Assembly: GCF_016908555.1 (NCBI RefSeq)
Contig: NZ_JAFBEE010000012.1
Coordinates: forward strand, 29,815-61,814
Length of the DNA stretch: 32,000 nt
Source: Alkaliphilus hydrothermalis
Lineage (GTDB): Bacteria; Bacillota; Clostridia; Peptostreptococcales; Natronincolaceae
Direction: 5' to 3'
Shown: positions 17,305 to 26,738 of the stretch, piece by piece
Position numbering within the stretch: position 1 is the stretch's first letter
How the letters are laid out: the number at the start of each line of letters is the position of its first letter
Program-made: the position numbers and the translations under genes
Notes under the pieces: model-generated
Database searches by the model: none
Seen by the model: only the letters and a program-made list of their open reading frames with translations
What the model was told of the DNA's origin: nothing

Positions 17305-17769
17305 ATGAAGGATAAAAATTATCTACTTAATCGGATTACGACAGCAAATGGTCCGCAGCTGGTAGCTTTGCTTTATGAAGAGTTAATTAATTCCTTAATG
17401 GAAGCTACTGGGGCAATGGAGGAAGGAAAAAATGAGGGCATCCAAGAAGCTCTTGCAAGGGGAAGAGATATTCTGGCTGAGTTATTATCGACTTTAGAGG
17501 GGGACTCAGAGATTGCTAAAAACCTTAGAAGCCTATACCTATATGTAAATCGATTAATGACCGAAGCAGACAATTATAAAAGTGGCCAAAAGCTACAGGA
17601 GGCGATCAAAGTGTTAACTCCTCTGTATGAAGGTTGGAGGCAACTGGGGGAAGAACAGGTGGAATCCTCCCTACAAAAATGCAGTGGAAGGGTAACGGGA
17701 TTAACCTACGGAAAAAATCAATTGAATGATTTTATAAATCATGATGAGGATAAGTGGAAAAAGGGATAG
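17305..17769 (+). CDS. Second FliS-family chaperone paralog with a C-terminal extension
   Basis: 154 aa. TANGPQLVALLYEELINSL, GRDILAELLSTLEGD and NLRSLYLYVNRLM parallel the FliS motifs of the 2978-3358 gene. It lies immediately downstream of flagellin. Confidence 0.7.
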   Translation: MKDKNYLLNRITTANGPQLVALLYEELINSLMEATGAMEEGKNEGIQEALARGRDILAELLSTLEGDSEIAKNLRSLYLYVNRLMTEADNYKSGQKLQEAIKVLTPLYEGWRQLGEEQVESSLQKCSGRVTGLTYGKNQLNDFINHDEDKWKKG

Positions 17770-17773
17770 AATA

Positions 17774-17807
17774 TGTAAGGGTAGATAAAATACCCTTACA
17801 TTTTTTT
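17774..17807 (+). terminator. Intrinsic terminator of the flagellin-fliS2 unit
   Basis: TGTAAGGGTA / TACCCTTACA 10-bp stem, a 7-nt loop, then T7. Confidence 0.85.
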
Positions 17808-17880
17808 ATTTATTGGACACTATGATATAATAGATAAAACGGTAAATTTAGTAAATATTAATTAGTTAGGAGAGAAGGCT

Positions 17881-20067
17881 ATGAAGCTTATTAACCAATT
17901 AGCTCAAGAATTTAGTATTAAATCCAGTCAGATTGAAAATACCATTAACCTAATAGATGAAGGTAATACCATCCCCTTCATAGCGCGATATAGGAAAGAA
18001 GTAACTGGCGGTCTTAGTGACGAGATACTGAGGGACCTACATGAGAGACTTACATACTTAAGAAATTTAGAATCAAGAAAAGAAGAAGTAATTCGATTAA
18101 TTGACGAGCAGGGGAAATTAACGGAAGAGTTAAAGAAGGAAATCCTAGGAGCCACAGTACTTCAAAAGATTGAAGATCTCTATAGACCCTATAAGCAAAA
18201 AAGAAGAACGAGGGCTACCGTTGCAAAGGAAAAGGGTTTGGAACCTTTGGCTGAATTGATATTAAAACAAGAAGCTCTACAGGGTACTATAGAAGAAATG
18301 GCGACCCCTTTTATTAATGAAGAATTGGAAGTCATGACAGTGGAGGATGCCATCAATGGAGCAAAGGATATCATAGCAGAATTTGTTTCTGATGATGCAG
18401 AGTACAGGGAAAAAATAAGAGAATTAAATCTTCAAAAAGGGGTAATTAATAGTGTTGCTGTAGACCCTGAAGAAAAGACAGTATATGAAATGTATTATGA
18501 CTTTAATGAAGGGGTTAATCGAATTGCCAACCATAGAATTTTGGCAGTGAATAGAGGAGAAAAGGAAAAGAAACTTAAGGTGAAGGTAGTAAGCCCTGAT
18601 GAGGAAGTTCTTGAATATTTAACGAAGAAAGTCATCACAAATCAAAAGGCCATCACAACAGCTACCCTACAGGAGGCGATAGAGGATGCCTATAAGCGTC
18701 TAATCTCCCCATCGATTGAAAGGGAAATTAGAAATATCCTGACAGAAAGGGCAGAGGAAGAAGCCATCAAGGTATTTGGTAAAAATACAAAGCCTCTATT
18801 GTTGATTCCACCAGTAAAAGACATGAGGGTGTTAGCCATAGATCCTAGTTTTAGAACTGGCTGTAAGCTGGCGGTATTGGACGAGACAGGAAAATTACTA
18901 GACTATACCACCATTTACCCAAATGCCCCTCAAAACAAAGTTGAGGAAGCAAAGAAGGTAATGAAGGAATTGATTAATAAATATGATATAGACATTATAC
19001 CAATCGGAAATGGAACGGCTTCAAGGGAAACTGAGTTCCTAGTGGCAGAGATGCTAAAGGAAATAGATAAAACTGTATATTATACCATCGTCAGTGAAGC
19101 AGGGGCTTCTGTTTATTCGGCTTCAAAACTTGCCACAGAAGAGTATCCCAATATTGACGTATCTATTAGGGGCGCCATCTCCATTGGTCGTAGATTACAG
19201 GACCCATTGGCAGAGCTAGTTAAAATAGATCCAAAGAGTATTGGGGTAGGTCAATATCAGCATGACCTAAACCAAGGCAAACTTGGAGAAACCCTAAAGA
19301 ATGTTGTAGAGGATTGTGTTAATACCGTTGGGGTAGACCTCAATACTGCAACTCCTTCTTTATTGCAATACGTAGCGGGGATTTCTTCTACAGTGGCTAA
19401 AAATATAGTTGAATTTAGGGAGGAAAATGGTAAGTTCTCCAGTCGCCAACAGATTAAAAAGGTAAAAAGACTTGGACCAAAGGTATTTGAACAATGTGCT
19501 GGGTTCCTACGAATCTCCGGCGGCGATAATCCCTTAGATAATACCTCTGTCCATCCAGAATCCTATAAGCCTACAATGAAGTTGATAGAAAAACTAGGCT
19601 ACAGTAAAGCGGATATTAAAAAGGGTGAGTTGAGAAATATTGAAGAAAGAATACTTCAATATGGAGAGCAAGGGGAAGCAAATAACTTAGAAAAGAAGTT
19701 AAAAATTCTTTCTGAGGAATTGGAAATCGGACTACCAACCCTAAAGGATATTATTCAAGAGCTTAAAAAGCCTGGTAGAGACCCAAGGGAGGAAATGCCA
19801 AAGCCAATCTTTAGAAGTGATGTTCTAAAGATGGAGGACTTGCAATTAGATATGATTATGACTGGGACTGTTAGAAATGTTGTGGACTTCGGAGCCTTTG
19901 TTGATATCGGAGTAAAGCAGGACGGACTTGTGCATATCTCTGAGTTAGCAGATAAATTCGTGAAAAATCCAATGGATGTGGTATCTGTTGGGGATGAGGT
20001 GCAGGTTAAGATTATTGGATTAGACATTGAACGGGGTAAGGTTTCTTTGAGTATGAAGCAGGTTTAA
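17881..20067 (+). CDS. tex: Tex-family transcription accessory protein (YqgF/RuvC-like, HhH and C-terminal S1 domains)
   Basis: 728 aa. The N-terminus (IENTINLIDEGNTIPFIARYRKEVTGGL) is diagnostic for Tex. The YqgF-like segment is VLAIDPSFRTGCKLAVLD. The C-terminal S1 domain is GTVRNVVDFGAFVDIGVKQDGLVHISEL...GDEVQVKIIGLDIERGKVSLSMK. Confidence 0.95.
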   Translation: MKLINQLAQEFSIKSSQIENTINLIDEGNTIPFIARYRKEVTGGLSDEILRDLHERLTYLRNLESRKEEVIRLIDEQGKLTEELKKEILGATVLQKIEDLYRPYKQKRRTRATVAKEKGLEPLAELILKQEALQGTIEEMATPFINEELEVMTVEDAINGAKDIIAEFVSDDAEYREKIRELNLQKGVINSVAVDPEEKTVYEMYYDFNEGVNRIANHRILAVNRGEKEKKLKVKVVSPDEEVLEYLTKKVITNQKAITTATLQEAIEDAYKRLISPSIEREIRNILTERAEEEAIKVFGKNTKPLLLIPPVKDMRVLAIDPSFRTGCKLAVLDETGKLLDYTTIYPNAPQNKVEEAKKVMKELINKYDIDIIPIGNGTASRETEFLVAEMLKEIDKTVYYTIVSEAGASVYSASKLATEEYPNIDVSIRGAISIGRRLQDPLAELVKIDPKSIGVGQYQHDLNQGKLGETLKNVVEDCVNTVGVDLNTATPSLLQYVAGISSTVAKNIVEFREENGKFSSRQQIKKVKRLGPKVFEQCAGFLRISGGDNPLDNTSVHPESYKPTMKLIEKLGYSKADIKKGELRNIEERILQYGEQGEANNLEKKLKILSEELEIGLPTLKDIIQELKKPGRDPREEMPKPIFRSDVLKMEDLQLDMIMTGTVRNVVDFGAFVDIGVKQDGLVHISELADKFVKNPMDVVSVGDEVQVKIIGLDIERGKVSLSMKQV

Positions 20068-20095
20068 AAGCGTGTCTTTTTAAAGTAAAATATTT

Positions 20096-20137
20096 AAACA
20101 AATGAAGGGTACTATTACTAGTTCCTTTCATTTGTTT
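20096..20137 (+). terminator. Hairpin, probable terminator after tex
   Basis: AAACAAATGAAGG / CCTTTCATTTGTTT stem (13 bp with one bulge) and a 15-nt loop. The T-tail is weak. Confidence 0.4.
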
Positions 20138-20280
20138 AATCTTAAATTTTAGGTTATTTACATTATGCAATATTTTTAAATTTAATAGTGGAAAGTACAT
20201 ACAAAATATTACCAATATGTAGTATAATTAATATGGAAGTCATATAAGTTAGCGATAACGAAATCAATAGGAGGAATTGA

Positions 20281-21351
20281 ATGATTAAATTAAGGAATGA
20301 AGACTATAGGAAAGTAGCACATTTAGTAAAATCACAAAACGAATTATCTGTATTTTCAGTTATCAATGGCGTTATGTCGGGAGAAATTTATGTCAACAAC
20401 ATTGAAAATCCTACATCCGCATTGATTCAGACAAGTGAGTGTAATTTGATTGCCGGTAGTACAGAGGATGAAGCTTTTAATGCTCAAGTATCTTCTGAAT
20501 TAGATTTCTGGGATCAGTTAACCCCAGATTCCAGTGAATGGATTGATATAATACCGAAGATCCATGAAAATTCTTTTATTAGAAAATATAAAAGAAGACG
20601 TTATATCATATCTATGAATGATTTTGTAGGGCCAGACATGAATTTACCTGAAGGGTTTGTAATGGAAAAAGTAGATTTGTCCCTATTAAGAGAGAAAAAC
20701 CTTGAAAACTCCGGTAAAGTACTAGGTTGGGCAGAAAATTGGAATAACGATGAAGAATTCAAGAAATATGGAACGGGATATTACATACATAACAACGAGG
20801 TAATTGTCAGCTGGTCCTTAAGTGATTGTAGTTTTAGTAAGAGCACTGCAATTGGAGTACACACAGATGATCGATTTAGAAATAAAGGTTTTGCCAAAAA
20901 AGTTGCAGCAGCAACCATTAAAGATAGCTTTGAAAAGGGATACGAAAATGTTGAATGGCTTTGTGTAGACTCCAATAAAGGCTCTACTTCAATGGCAGAT
21001 AAGTTAGGATTTACATATAGCAATGATTACGATTCTTTCTCCTCATATCCTCCCATTGAAAATCCAACGGATTTATCCAAATCTGAATGGTATGAATGGG
21101 CTGAGTATTTAGAAGAGGCATCAAAGACCCATGACTGTTTGTTGTTGGAAGGCCTTTATGCATATGTCAATTCCAATGATATGGAAAAGGCCATGGATAT
21201 AATGAATACCATGGAGGATAAAGAAATTAAAATAAATTATATCAGGCTTAAAAATTATATTAATAAACTTCAAAACTATGGCATGTGCTCTAACTTTCAT
21301 GACCCAAAATGGATTGATTTGTTAGATGAAAAGATTGAAAGTAATAAATAA
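20281..21351 (+). CDS. GNAT-family N-acetyltransferase (GNAT_acetyltran-type) with a C-terminal extension of about 100 aa
   Basis: The N-terminal layout (LSVFSVINGVMSGEIYVNNIENPTSALIQTSECNLIAG) and the later motif (VHTDDRFRNKGFAKKVAAA) fit this GNAT subgroup. The C-terminal 100 aa have no motif I recognise. Confidence 0.6.
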   Translation: MIKLRNEDYRKVAHLVKSQNELSVFSVINGVMSGEIYVNNIENPTSALIQTSECNLIAGSTEDEAFNAQVSSELDFWDQLTPDSSEWIDIIPKIHENSFIRKYKRRRYIISMNDFVGPDMNLPEGFVMEKVDLSLLREKNLENSGKVLGWAENWNNDEEFKKYGTGYYIHNNEVIVSWSLSDCSFSKSTAIGVHTDDRFRNKGFAKKVAAATIKDSFEKGYENVEWLCVDSNKGSTSMADKLGFTYSNDYDSFSSYPPIENPTDLSKSEWYEWAEYLEEASKTHDCLLLEGLYAYVNSNDMEKAMDIMNTMEDKEIKINYIRLKNYINKLQNYGMCSNFHDPKWIDLLDEKIESNK

Positions 21352-21435
21352 GTCCAAGTAACCCATAGACTAATCAAAGCAAATGATTAGGGAGGACATC
21401 AGATTGTTGGTAAGGATATCCTTTACGAAGCTTTT

Positions 21436-22764
21436 TTAAGTAGCTAGATGAATATCTATCGTCCTAAGCAAAAGCCTCCAATCCAACAAACAAGTCACAA
21501 TAGAAGACAATATAAACCCAATAAAATAAGCATTAAGCCCATAATGAGGATCTCTAACGTAAAGGATGGATAGAAGTTGAACGTTCATACCGATTAAATG
21601 ATTGATGGCAACGTACTTTTCCTTACCTAAACCATACAGTACGCCTGATAGCATATGATGTAATGAGATGAAAACAGTTGCGATTCCCATGATTCTAATA
21701 TACGTCCCCACATAGGAATCTTCATACAATAATGTCCCCAAAGGGTTTCCAAAAGCAACATACACAATAGACAAGGGAAGGGCTATCAATAGCGTGATTG
21801 ACAATGCTAAATGTATGTCCTTTTTGATCCTCCTCAAGCTGTTTTTTTGTAGCTGTGAAGTGATACTGGGGATAATATTAATTACCAAAGATGATGTAAA
21901 AATATATGGAAGATAGATCAGAGGCATAGTCATCCCCATAATTCTCCCATATGCCTCTGTGGATTCAAGAAGGGACATACCTGATACCATCAATGATTTT
22001 GGTAATATAATAGAAATTAAAAATTGGGAGGTTAGATTAATTATTCCTAGTATCGTTAAAGGAGAAGCAGTTGAAAAGATTTGGTGGATCATAGATCTGG
22101 TGGAGACCTTCTTTAAGAAGAAGGCTGTATTTCTGAATTGCTTCTTATACAAATAAATTAAGTAAATTAGATCAAAAAACTCCCCTATACTAATACCAAT
22201 GATTGCAATGTTGGCTGCCGTCCAAGGGTCACTAGGAGGAAAAAAGGATAAAATAAGCATAACCCCTATAAATCTGGTGATATGTTCAACAACCTCCGAC
22301 ATACCTGCTTGGGCCATTTTGTTCAGTCCATATAAAAACCCTCGGATTGCAGAAGTAATAGAAATCAAGAAAATAGCAGGAACTAATAAAAAAAAGGAAG
22401 TTACAACATCCTTATCTTGAAATATGAAATAATTAATTCTTTTGGCTTGAGAAATAAGGATGATACTGGTCATCCCACAAAGCCCCAAGATGAGTAAAAT
22501 TGATAGCTTCAAATTTTTAATGATCATATAATGGTTGCCCATTGATTGCTCTCTTGAAGTAATCTTAGAGATAGCAGTCGGAATACCAGAAGTTGTTAAC
22601 GTTAGTGCAATCATAAAGATAGGCATAATCATATGAAAAATTCCAATACCTTCTCCGCCAATAACTCTAGATAAAAATACATCATAACTAAAACTGATCA
22701 ACCTTATAATAAGGCTGGAAAAAGCGAGGATAATAGAACCATAAATAAAGCTATTCCTTTTCAA
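21436..22764 (-). CDS. MOP-superfamily flippase, SpoVB / MurJ / polysaccharide-biosynthesis-protein-like
   Basis: 442 aa with about 12 TM segments. The N-terminus (GSIILAFSSLIIRLISFSYDVFLSRVIGGEGIGIFHM...SGIPTAISKITSRE) is typical for SpoVB-like proteins. It appears to use a TTG start with RBS AAGGTGA. It is shorter than the typical SpoVB. Confidence 0.65.
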   Translation of the reverse strand: MKRNSFIYGSIILAFSSLIIRLISFSYDVFLSRVIGGEGIGIFHMIMPIFMIALTLTTSGIPTAISKITSREQSMGNHYMIIKNLKLSILLILGLCGMTSIILISQAKRINYFIFQDKDVVTSFFLLVPAIFLISITSAIRGFLYGLNKMAQAGMSEVVEHITRFIGVMLILSFFPPSDPWTAANIAIIGISIGEFFDLIYLIYLYKKQFRNTAFFLKKVSTRSMIHQIFSTASPLTILGIINLTSQFLISIILPKSLMVSGMSLLESTEAYGRIMGMTMPLIYLPYIFTSSLVINIIPSITSQLQKNSLRRIKKDIHLALSITLLIALPLSIVYVAFGNPLGTLLYEDSYVGTYIRIMGIATVFISLHHMLSGVLYGLGKEKYVAINHLIGMNVQLLSILYVRDPHYGLNAYFIGFILSSIVTCLLDWRLLLRTIDIHLAT

Positions 22765-22857
22765 TTAATCACCTTCTTATACTAGTAACTAATTATATGG
22801 ATATTTAAGAATAACATAAAATATTCGAATGGAAAATGAATAGTCATAAAATTACAC

Positions 22858-22885
22858 TTGACTTATTGTGGTTAATAGATATAAT
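22858..22885 (+). promoter_or_regulatory. Sigma-A promoter of the riboswitch-controlled operon
   Basis: TTGACT (22858-22863), a 16-nt spacer, then TATAAT (22880-22885). Confidence 0.65.
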
Positions 22886-22908
22886 CATTATAGAGGTATT
22901 TAAAAACT

Positions 22909-23082
22909 TAATAAATATTATTATTGGTACTATCTTTAGTAAAAGATTGTTTAAAAGGGAAGATCGGTGTAAATCCGACACGGTCCCGCCACTGTAATGG
23001 ATAGGATCTTACGATTACCACTGTACTTAAGTATGGGAAGGTGTGGGATTACGTAGTCCAGAGTCAGGAGACCTGCCAATAG
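22909..23082 (+). promoter_or_regulatory. Cobalamin (B12) riboswitch aptamer, class I / AdoCbl-type
   Basis: It has the conserved core GGGAAGATCGGTGTAAATCCGACACGGTCCCGCCACTGT. The peripheral element is CCACTG...TGGGAAGG. The B12 box is AGTCAGGAGACCTGCC. P1 pairs TATTGG with CCAATA. Confidence 0.9.
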
Positions 23083-23163
23083 TAAAAACGCTGTTTATTA
23101 CTCACGAGGATGAGGAGGTGTTATTGGAGAGTAGGGGTTTGATACTACTTCTGTTAATAATGT

Positions 23164-23190
23164 CCTTTCTAACGCTAGAAAGGTTTTTTT
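23164..23190 (+). terminator. Riboswitch expression-platform terminator
   Basis: CCTTTCTA / TAGAAAGG stem, a 4-nt loop, then T7. It lies 73 nt upstream of the transporter ATG. Confidence 0.75.
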
Positions 23191-23262
23191 ATTGTGCCAA
23201 TGATGTTTAATAACTCAGCAAATGCTGAGTTTATTTTTTTGAGAAGAAGAGGAGTGCTAAAA

Positions 23263-24447
23263 ATGGACCTAATAAAATTTATTTCAAACCCCCTTTTGCT
23301 TATGTTTTTAAGCATATTCTTAGGGCAATTAATCGGTAAAATTAATTTCAAAAACATTAAACTAGGAAGCTCTGGAGGCTTATTTGTCGGTATCTTTATA
23401 AGCTATTGTATAACTGTATATCTTCAGAAGGAGGTTCCTGATTCCACGTTGTTGCAGGGGGCATTTATTTCTTCACAGCTCTTTAACATAAGTTTAATTG
23501 GTTTTATAGCTGCAGTAGGGCTACTTGCAGCTAAAAATATTAAAACAATCATTAAGAATAACGGATATAGCTTTATGATTTTAGCCTTTGTCATCACTGC
23601 TACTGGAGCATTAACGACATGGGGATTTGTTAGATTGGTATCTGATATGAAGGCATCAGTTATTGGGACCTATGTTGGGGCCTTAACAAGTTCCCCTGGT
23701 TTAGCCACTGCATTGGAGGCAGCAAAAGAAATGGGAGGAAATGCGGAGGCAATGGTAGGGTTAGGATACTCTATATCTTATATACCAGGTGTTGTATTGG
23801 TAATTATCTTTGCACAGCTCTTAGGCAAAAACTATAAAAACAATGAGGTTAAACAAAACGCAACAACAAAAGTAGAATATTCCAATGCTGTTATTGAAAA
23901 GGAATCCAACTTTTGCATAATTTCTTTTTCACTAGTGTGTATATTGGGATTACTTATTGGAAAAATCAACGTTTATTTAGGCAGCTATTTAGGATTTTTC
24001 TCTTTGGGGTCTACAGGCGGAGTGCTGATCAGCGCACTATTATTAGGGAATATAAAGAAAATAGGATTTTTGAACTTTAATATGCTGAAGCAGCAACTAT
24101 TTGTTGTTAGGGATATATCCTTGAATATGTTTCTTTCTATTGTAGGTCTAAATTACGGTTATAATGCATTGAATCTTATTAGAACAACAGGAGGACAATT
24201 ACTCTTGATCGGTATTGTCACTGCAAGTTTTAGTATTTTGGTAGGGTATATAGTCGGTAAGAAAGTATTAAAATTATCAACTGTATATCTATTAGGAGGT
24301 ATATGTGGGGGAATGACAAGTACGCCAGGATTAGCCGCTTCTATCGAAGCATTGGATAGTGATGAGGTAACAGCTGGATATGGGGCCACCTATCCCTTTG
24401 CATTATTTTTTATGATATTGTTTACAAATATTTTGTCTAATTTATAA
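23263..24447 (+). CDS. AAEx (aspartate:alanine exchanger / YidE-YbjL) family transporter, short form without central TrkA-C domains
   Basis: Two internally repeated halves each begin with the family signature ([31 protein letters not shown] and [34 protein letters not shown]). I prefer ATG 23263 with RBS GAAGAGGAG; the track start at 23194 lies inside the terminator. Confidence 0.7.
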   Translation: MDLIKFISNPLLLMFLSIFLGQLIGKINFKNIKLGSSGGLFVGIFISYCITVYLQKEVPDSTLLQGAFISSQLFNISLIGFIAAVGLLAAKNIKTIIKNNGYSFMILAFVITATGALTTWGFVRLVSDMKASVIGTYVGALTSSPGLATALEAAKEMGGNAEAMVGLGYSISYIPGVVLVIIFAQLLGKNYKNNEVKQNATTKVEYSNAVIEKESNFCIISFSLVCILGLLIGKINVYLGSYLGFFSLGSTGGVLISALLLGNIKKIGFLNFNMLKQQLFVVRDISLNMFLSIVGLNYGYNALNLIRTTGGQLLLIGIVTASFSILVGYIVGKKVLKLSTVYLLGGICGGMTSTPGLAASIEALDSDEVTAGYGATYPFALFFMILFTNILSNL

Positions 24448-24461
24448 ATGGAGGGATTAAG

Positions 24462-25622
24462 ATGAATATACATGAATATCAAGCAAAAGAGTTATTAAGT
24501 AAGTATGGTGTAGCAGTACCAAAGGGGAAAGTAATTGTCAATGCAGAGGAAGCCACAAGCGCTGCCTGGAGCATTGAAACCGAAGTGGCAGTTGTGAAGG
24601 CTCAAATCCATGCCGGTGGTAGGGGTAAAGCAGGAGGCGTTAAAATAGCTAAAAGTATTGATGAAGTCAGTGGTTATGCAAAAGAATTGCTAGGTAAAAC
24701 CCTAGTGACCCATCAAACGGGACCGGAAGGTAAGGAGGTTAAGACCCTCTTAATAGAAGAAGGTTGTAGGATTCACAAAGAATATTATCTAGCTTTGACA
24801 TTGGATCGTGAGACATCAAGAGTAACACTAGTTGCCTCGGAAGAAGGCGGTATGGATATTGAAGAGGTAGCTGAATCACAGCCTGAGAAGATTTTTAAAG
24901 AGGCAATTGATCCATTAATTGGATTATCGGAATTCCAAGCCAGAAGAATCTGCTTTAGCATCAACATCCCTACAGATTTGATAAATGATACAGTAAAACT
25001 GATGATTAATTTTTATCAATGCTTTATGGAAAATGATTGCGCATTGGCAGAAATCAATCCGTTAGTGGTGACGGAGGATGGAAGGGTAATGGCGTTAGAT
25101 GCAAAGCTAAACTTCGATGATAATGGGTTATATAGAAATCAACATATACTTAAGTATAGAGATTTAAATGAAGAGGATGAGAAGGAGATAGAAGCTTCAA
25201 AGCATGGGTTGGCCTACATCTCTTTAGATGGTAGTATAGGTTGCATGGTAAATGGCGCTGGGCTAGCAATGGCTACAATGGATATTATTAAATCCTATGG
25301 TGGGGATCCTGCTAACTTTTTAGATGTTGGGGGTGGAGCATCGGAAGAAAAGGTAACTAATGCCTTCCAAATCATACTATCCGACAGTCGAGTAAAAGGA
25401 ATTTTTGTAAATATATTTGGAGGAATCATGAAGTGCGATGTGATTGCTAGGGGTATTGTCAATGCAGCAATTAAAACCAACTTAAATGTACCTGTTGTGG
25501 TAAGGTTTGAGGGAACAAATGTAGAAATGGGAAGAAAGATTCTAGAAAATTCTAATCTAAACATCGTAACAGCAGGAGATATGGGTGAGGGTGCTAAAAA
25601 AATAGTGGAGCTAATCAAGTAG
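24462..25622 (+). CDS. sucC: Succinyl-CoA synthetase (ADP-forming) beta subunit
   Basis: 386 aa. [58 protein letters not shown] and NIFGGIM are all present. Confidence 0.95.
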   Translation: MNIHEYQAKELLSKYGVAVPKGKVIVNAEEATSAAWSIETEVAVVKAQIHAGGRGKAGGVKIAKSIDEVSGYAKELLGKTLVTHQTGPEGKEVKTLLIEEGCRIHKEYYLALTLDRETSRVTLVASEEGGMDIEEVAESQPEKIFKEAIDPLIGLSEFQARRICFSINIPTDLINDTVKLMINFYQCFMENDCALAEINPLVVTEDGRVMALDAKLNFDDNGLYRNQHILKYRDLNEEDEKEIEASKHGLAYISLDGSIGCMVNGAGLAMATMDIIKSYGGDPANFLDVGGGASEEKVTNAFQIILSDSRVKGIFVNIFGGIMKCDVIARGIVNAAIKTNLNVPVVVRFEGTNVEMGRKILENSNLNIVTAGDMGEGAKKIVELIK

Positions 25623-25639
25623 AAAGGTAGGGATTTGAA

Positions 25640-26557
25640 ATGAGTATATGGGTTAATCAAGAAACGAAAGTAATGGTACAAGGAATTACAGGTAAGACGG
25701 CCCTCTATCATACTAAGCAAATGTTGGAATATGGGACTAAAATTGTAGCCGGTGTAACACCAGGGAAAGAAGGAACATTTGCAGAGGGAGTTCCTGTATT
25801 TAACACAGTAGATAAAGCTAAAGAAGAAACTGGTGCAAATGTTTCGGTGATTTATGTTCCAGCAAAATTTGCAGCCGATGCAATATTAGAGGCTGTAGAT
25901 GCTGAATTAGAGCTGGTGATTTGCATTACAGAGCATATTCCAATTAAAGATATGGTTATTGTAAAAAGATATATGGAGGGCAAAAAAACCAGACTAATCG
26001 GACCTAATTGCCCTGGAATTATTACACCTGATGAATGTAAAATCGGCATCATGCCAGGTTATATACATAAAAAAGGTAGGATTGGAGTTGTATCCCGTTC
26101 AGGTACATTAACCTACGAAGCGGTGCATCAATTAACTCAAAGGGGAGTAGGGCAATCAAGTGCAGTAGGTATCGGAGGAGATCCAGTCAATGGAACTAAT
26201 TTCATTGACGTCTTGAAGGCCTTTAATGAGGATGAAAATACCGACGCTGTGATTATGATTGGGGAAATCGGTGGAAACGAAGAAGAAAAGGCTGCCCATT
26301 GGGTTAAGGAAAATATGAAAAAGCCAGTAGTTGGATTTATCAGTGGAAAAACTGCACCGGCAGGAAAGCGGATGGGTCATGCAGGAGCCATCATCGCAGG
26401 AGGTAAAGGAACAGCAGATGAAAAGATAAGGGTAATGGAAAGCTGTGGGATCTCCATCGTTGATGAACCAACAACTATGGGGGAGACCTTAGTGAAGGTG
26501 TTGAAGGAAAATAATTTATGGAGGAGTGAGTATGAAGTTAGATCTGAAAAGATTTAG
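25640..26557 (+). CDS. sucD: Succinyl-CoA synthetase alpha subunit
   Basis: 305 aa. [29 protein letters not shown] and the phosphohistidine loop MGHAGAII are present. Confidence 0.95.
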   Translation: MSIWVNQETKVMVQGITGKTALYHTKQMLEYGTKIVAGVTPGKEGTFAEGVPVFNTVDKAKEETGANVSVIYVPAKFAADAILEAVDAELELVICITEHIPIKDMVIVKRYMEGKKTRLIGPNCPGIITPDECKIGIMPGYIHKKGRIGVVSRSGTLTYEAVHQLTQRGVGQSSAVGIGGDPVNGTNFIDVLKAFNEDENTDAVIMIGEIGGNEEEKAAHWVKENMKKPVVGFISGKTAPAGKRMGHAGAIIAGGKGTADEKIRVMESCGISIVDEPTTMGETLVKVLKENNLWRSEYEVRSEKI

Positions 26558-26674
26558 TCTTATCAATAAAGACAGTATATAAAAATTAAGAGCTATGCAC
26601 AAGAAATTGATCCCAAAATGTTTATAACTGTTGGCTTTGTCCATGAGGTATTAGGTGAAGGATTTTAAATTCAC

Positions 26675-26703
26675 TTGCAATATTAGTCTCCACAAAGTAG
26701 AAT
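26675..26703 (+). promoter_or_regulatory. Sigma-A type promoter candidate for the MFS gene
   Basis: TTGCAA (26675-26680), a 17-nt spacer, then TAGAAT (26698-26703). Confidence 0.45.
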
Positions 26704-26738
26704 GGAATAGTATGAGACTAATGAAGGGAAGTGAAAAC

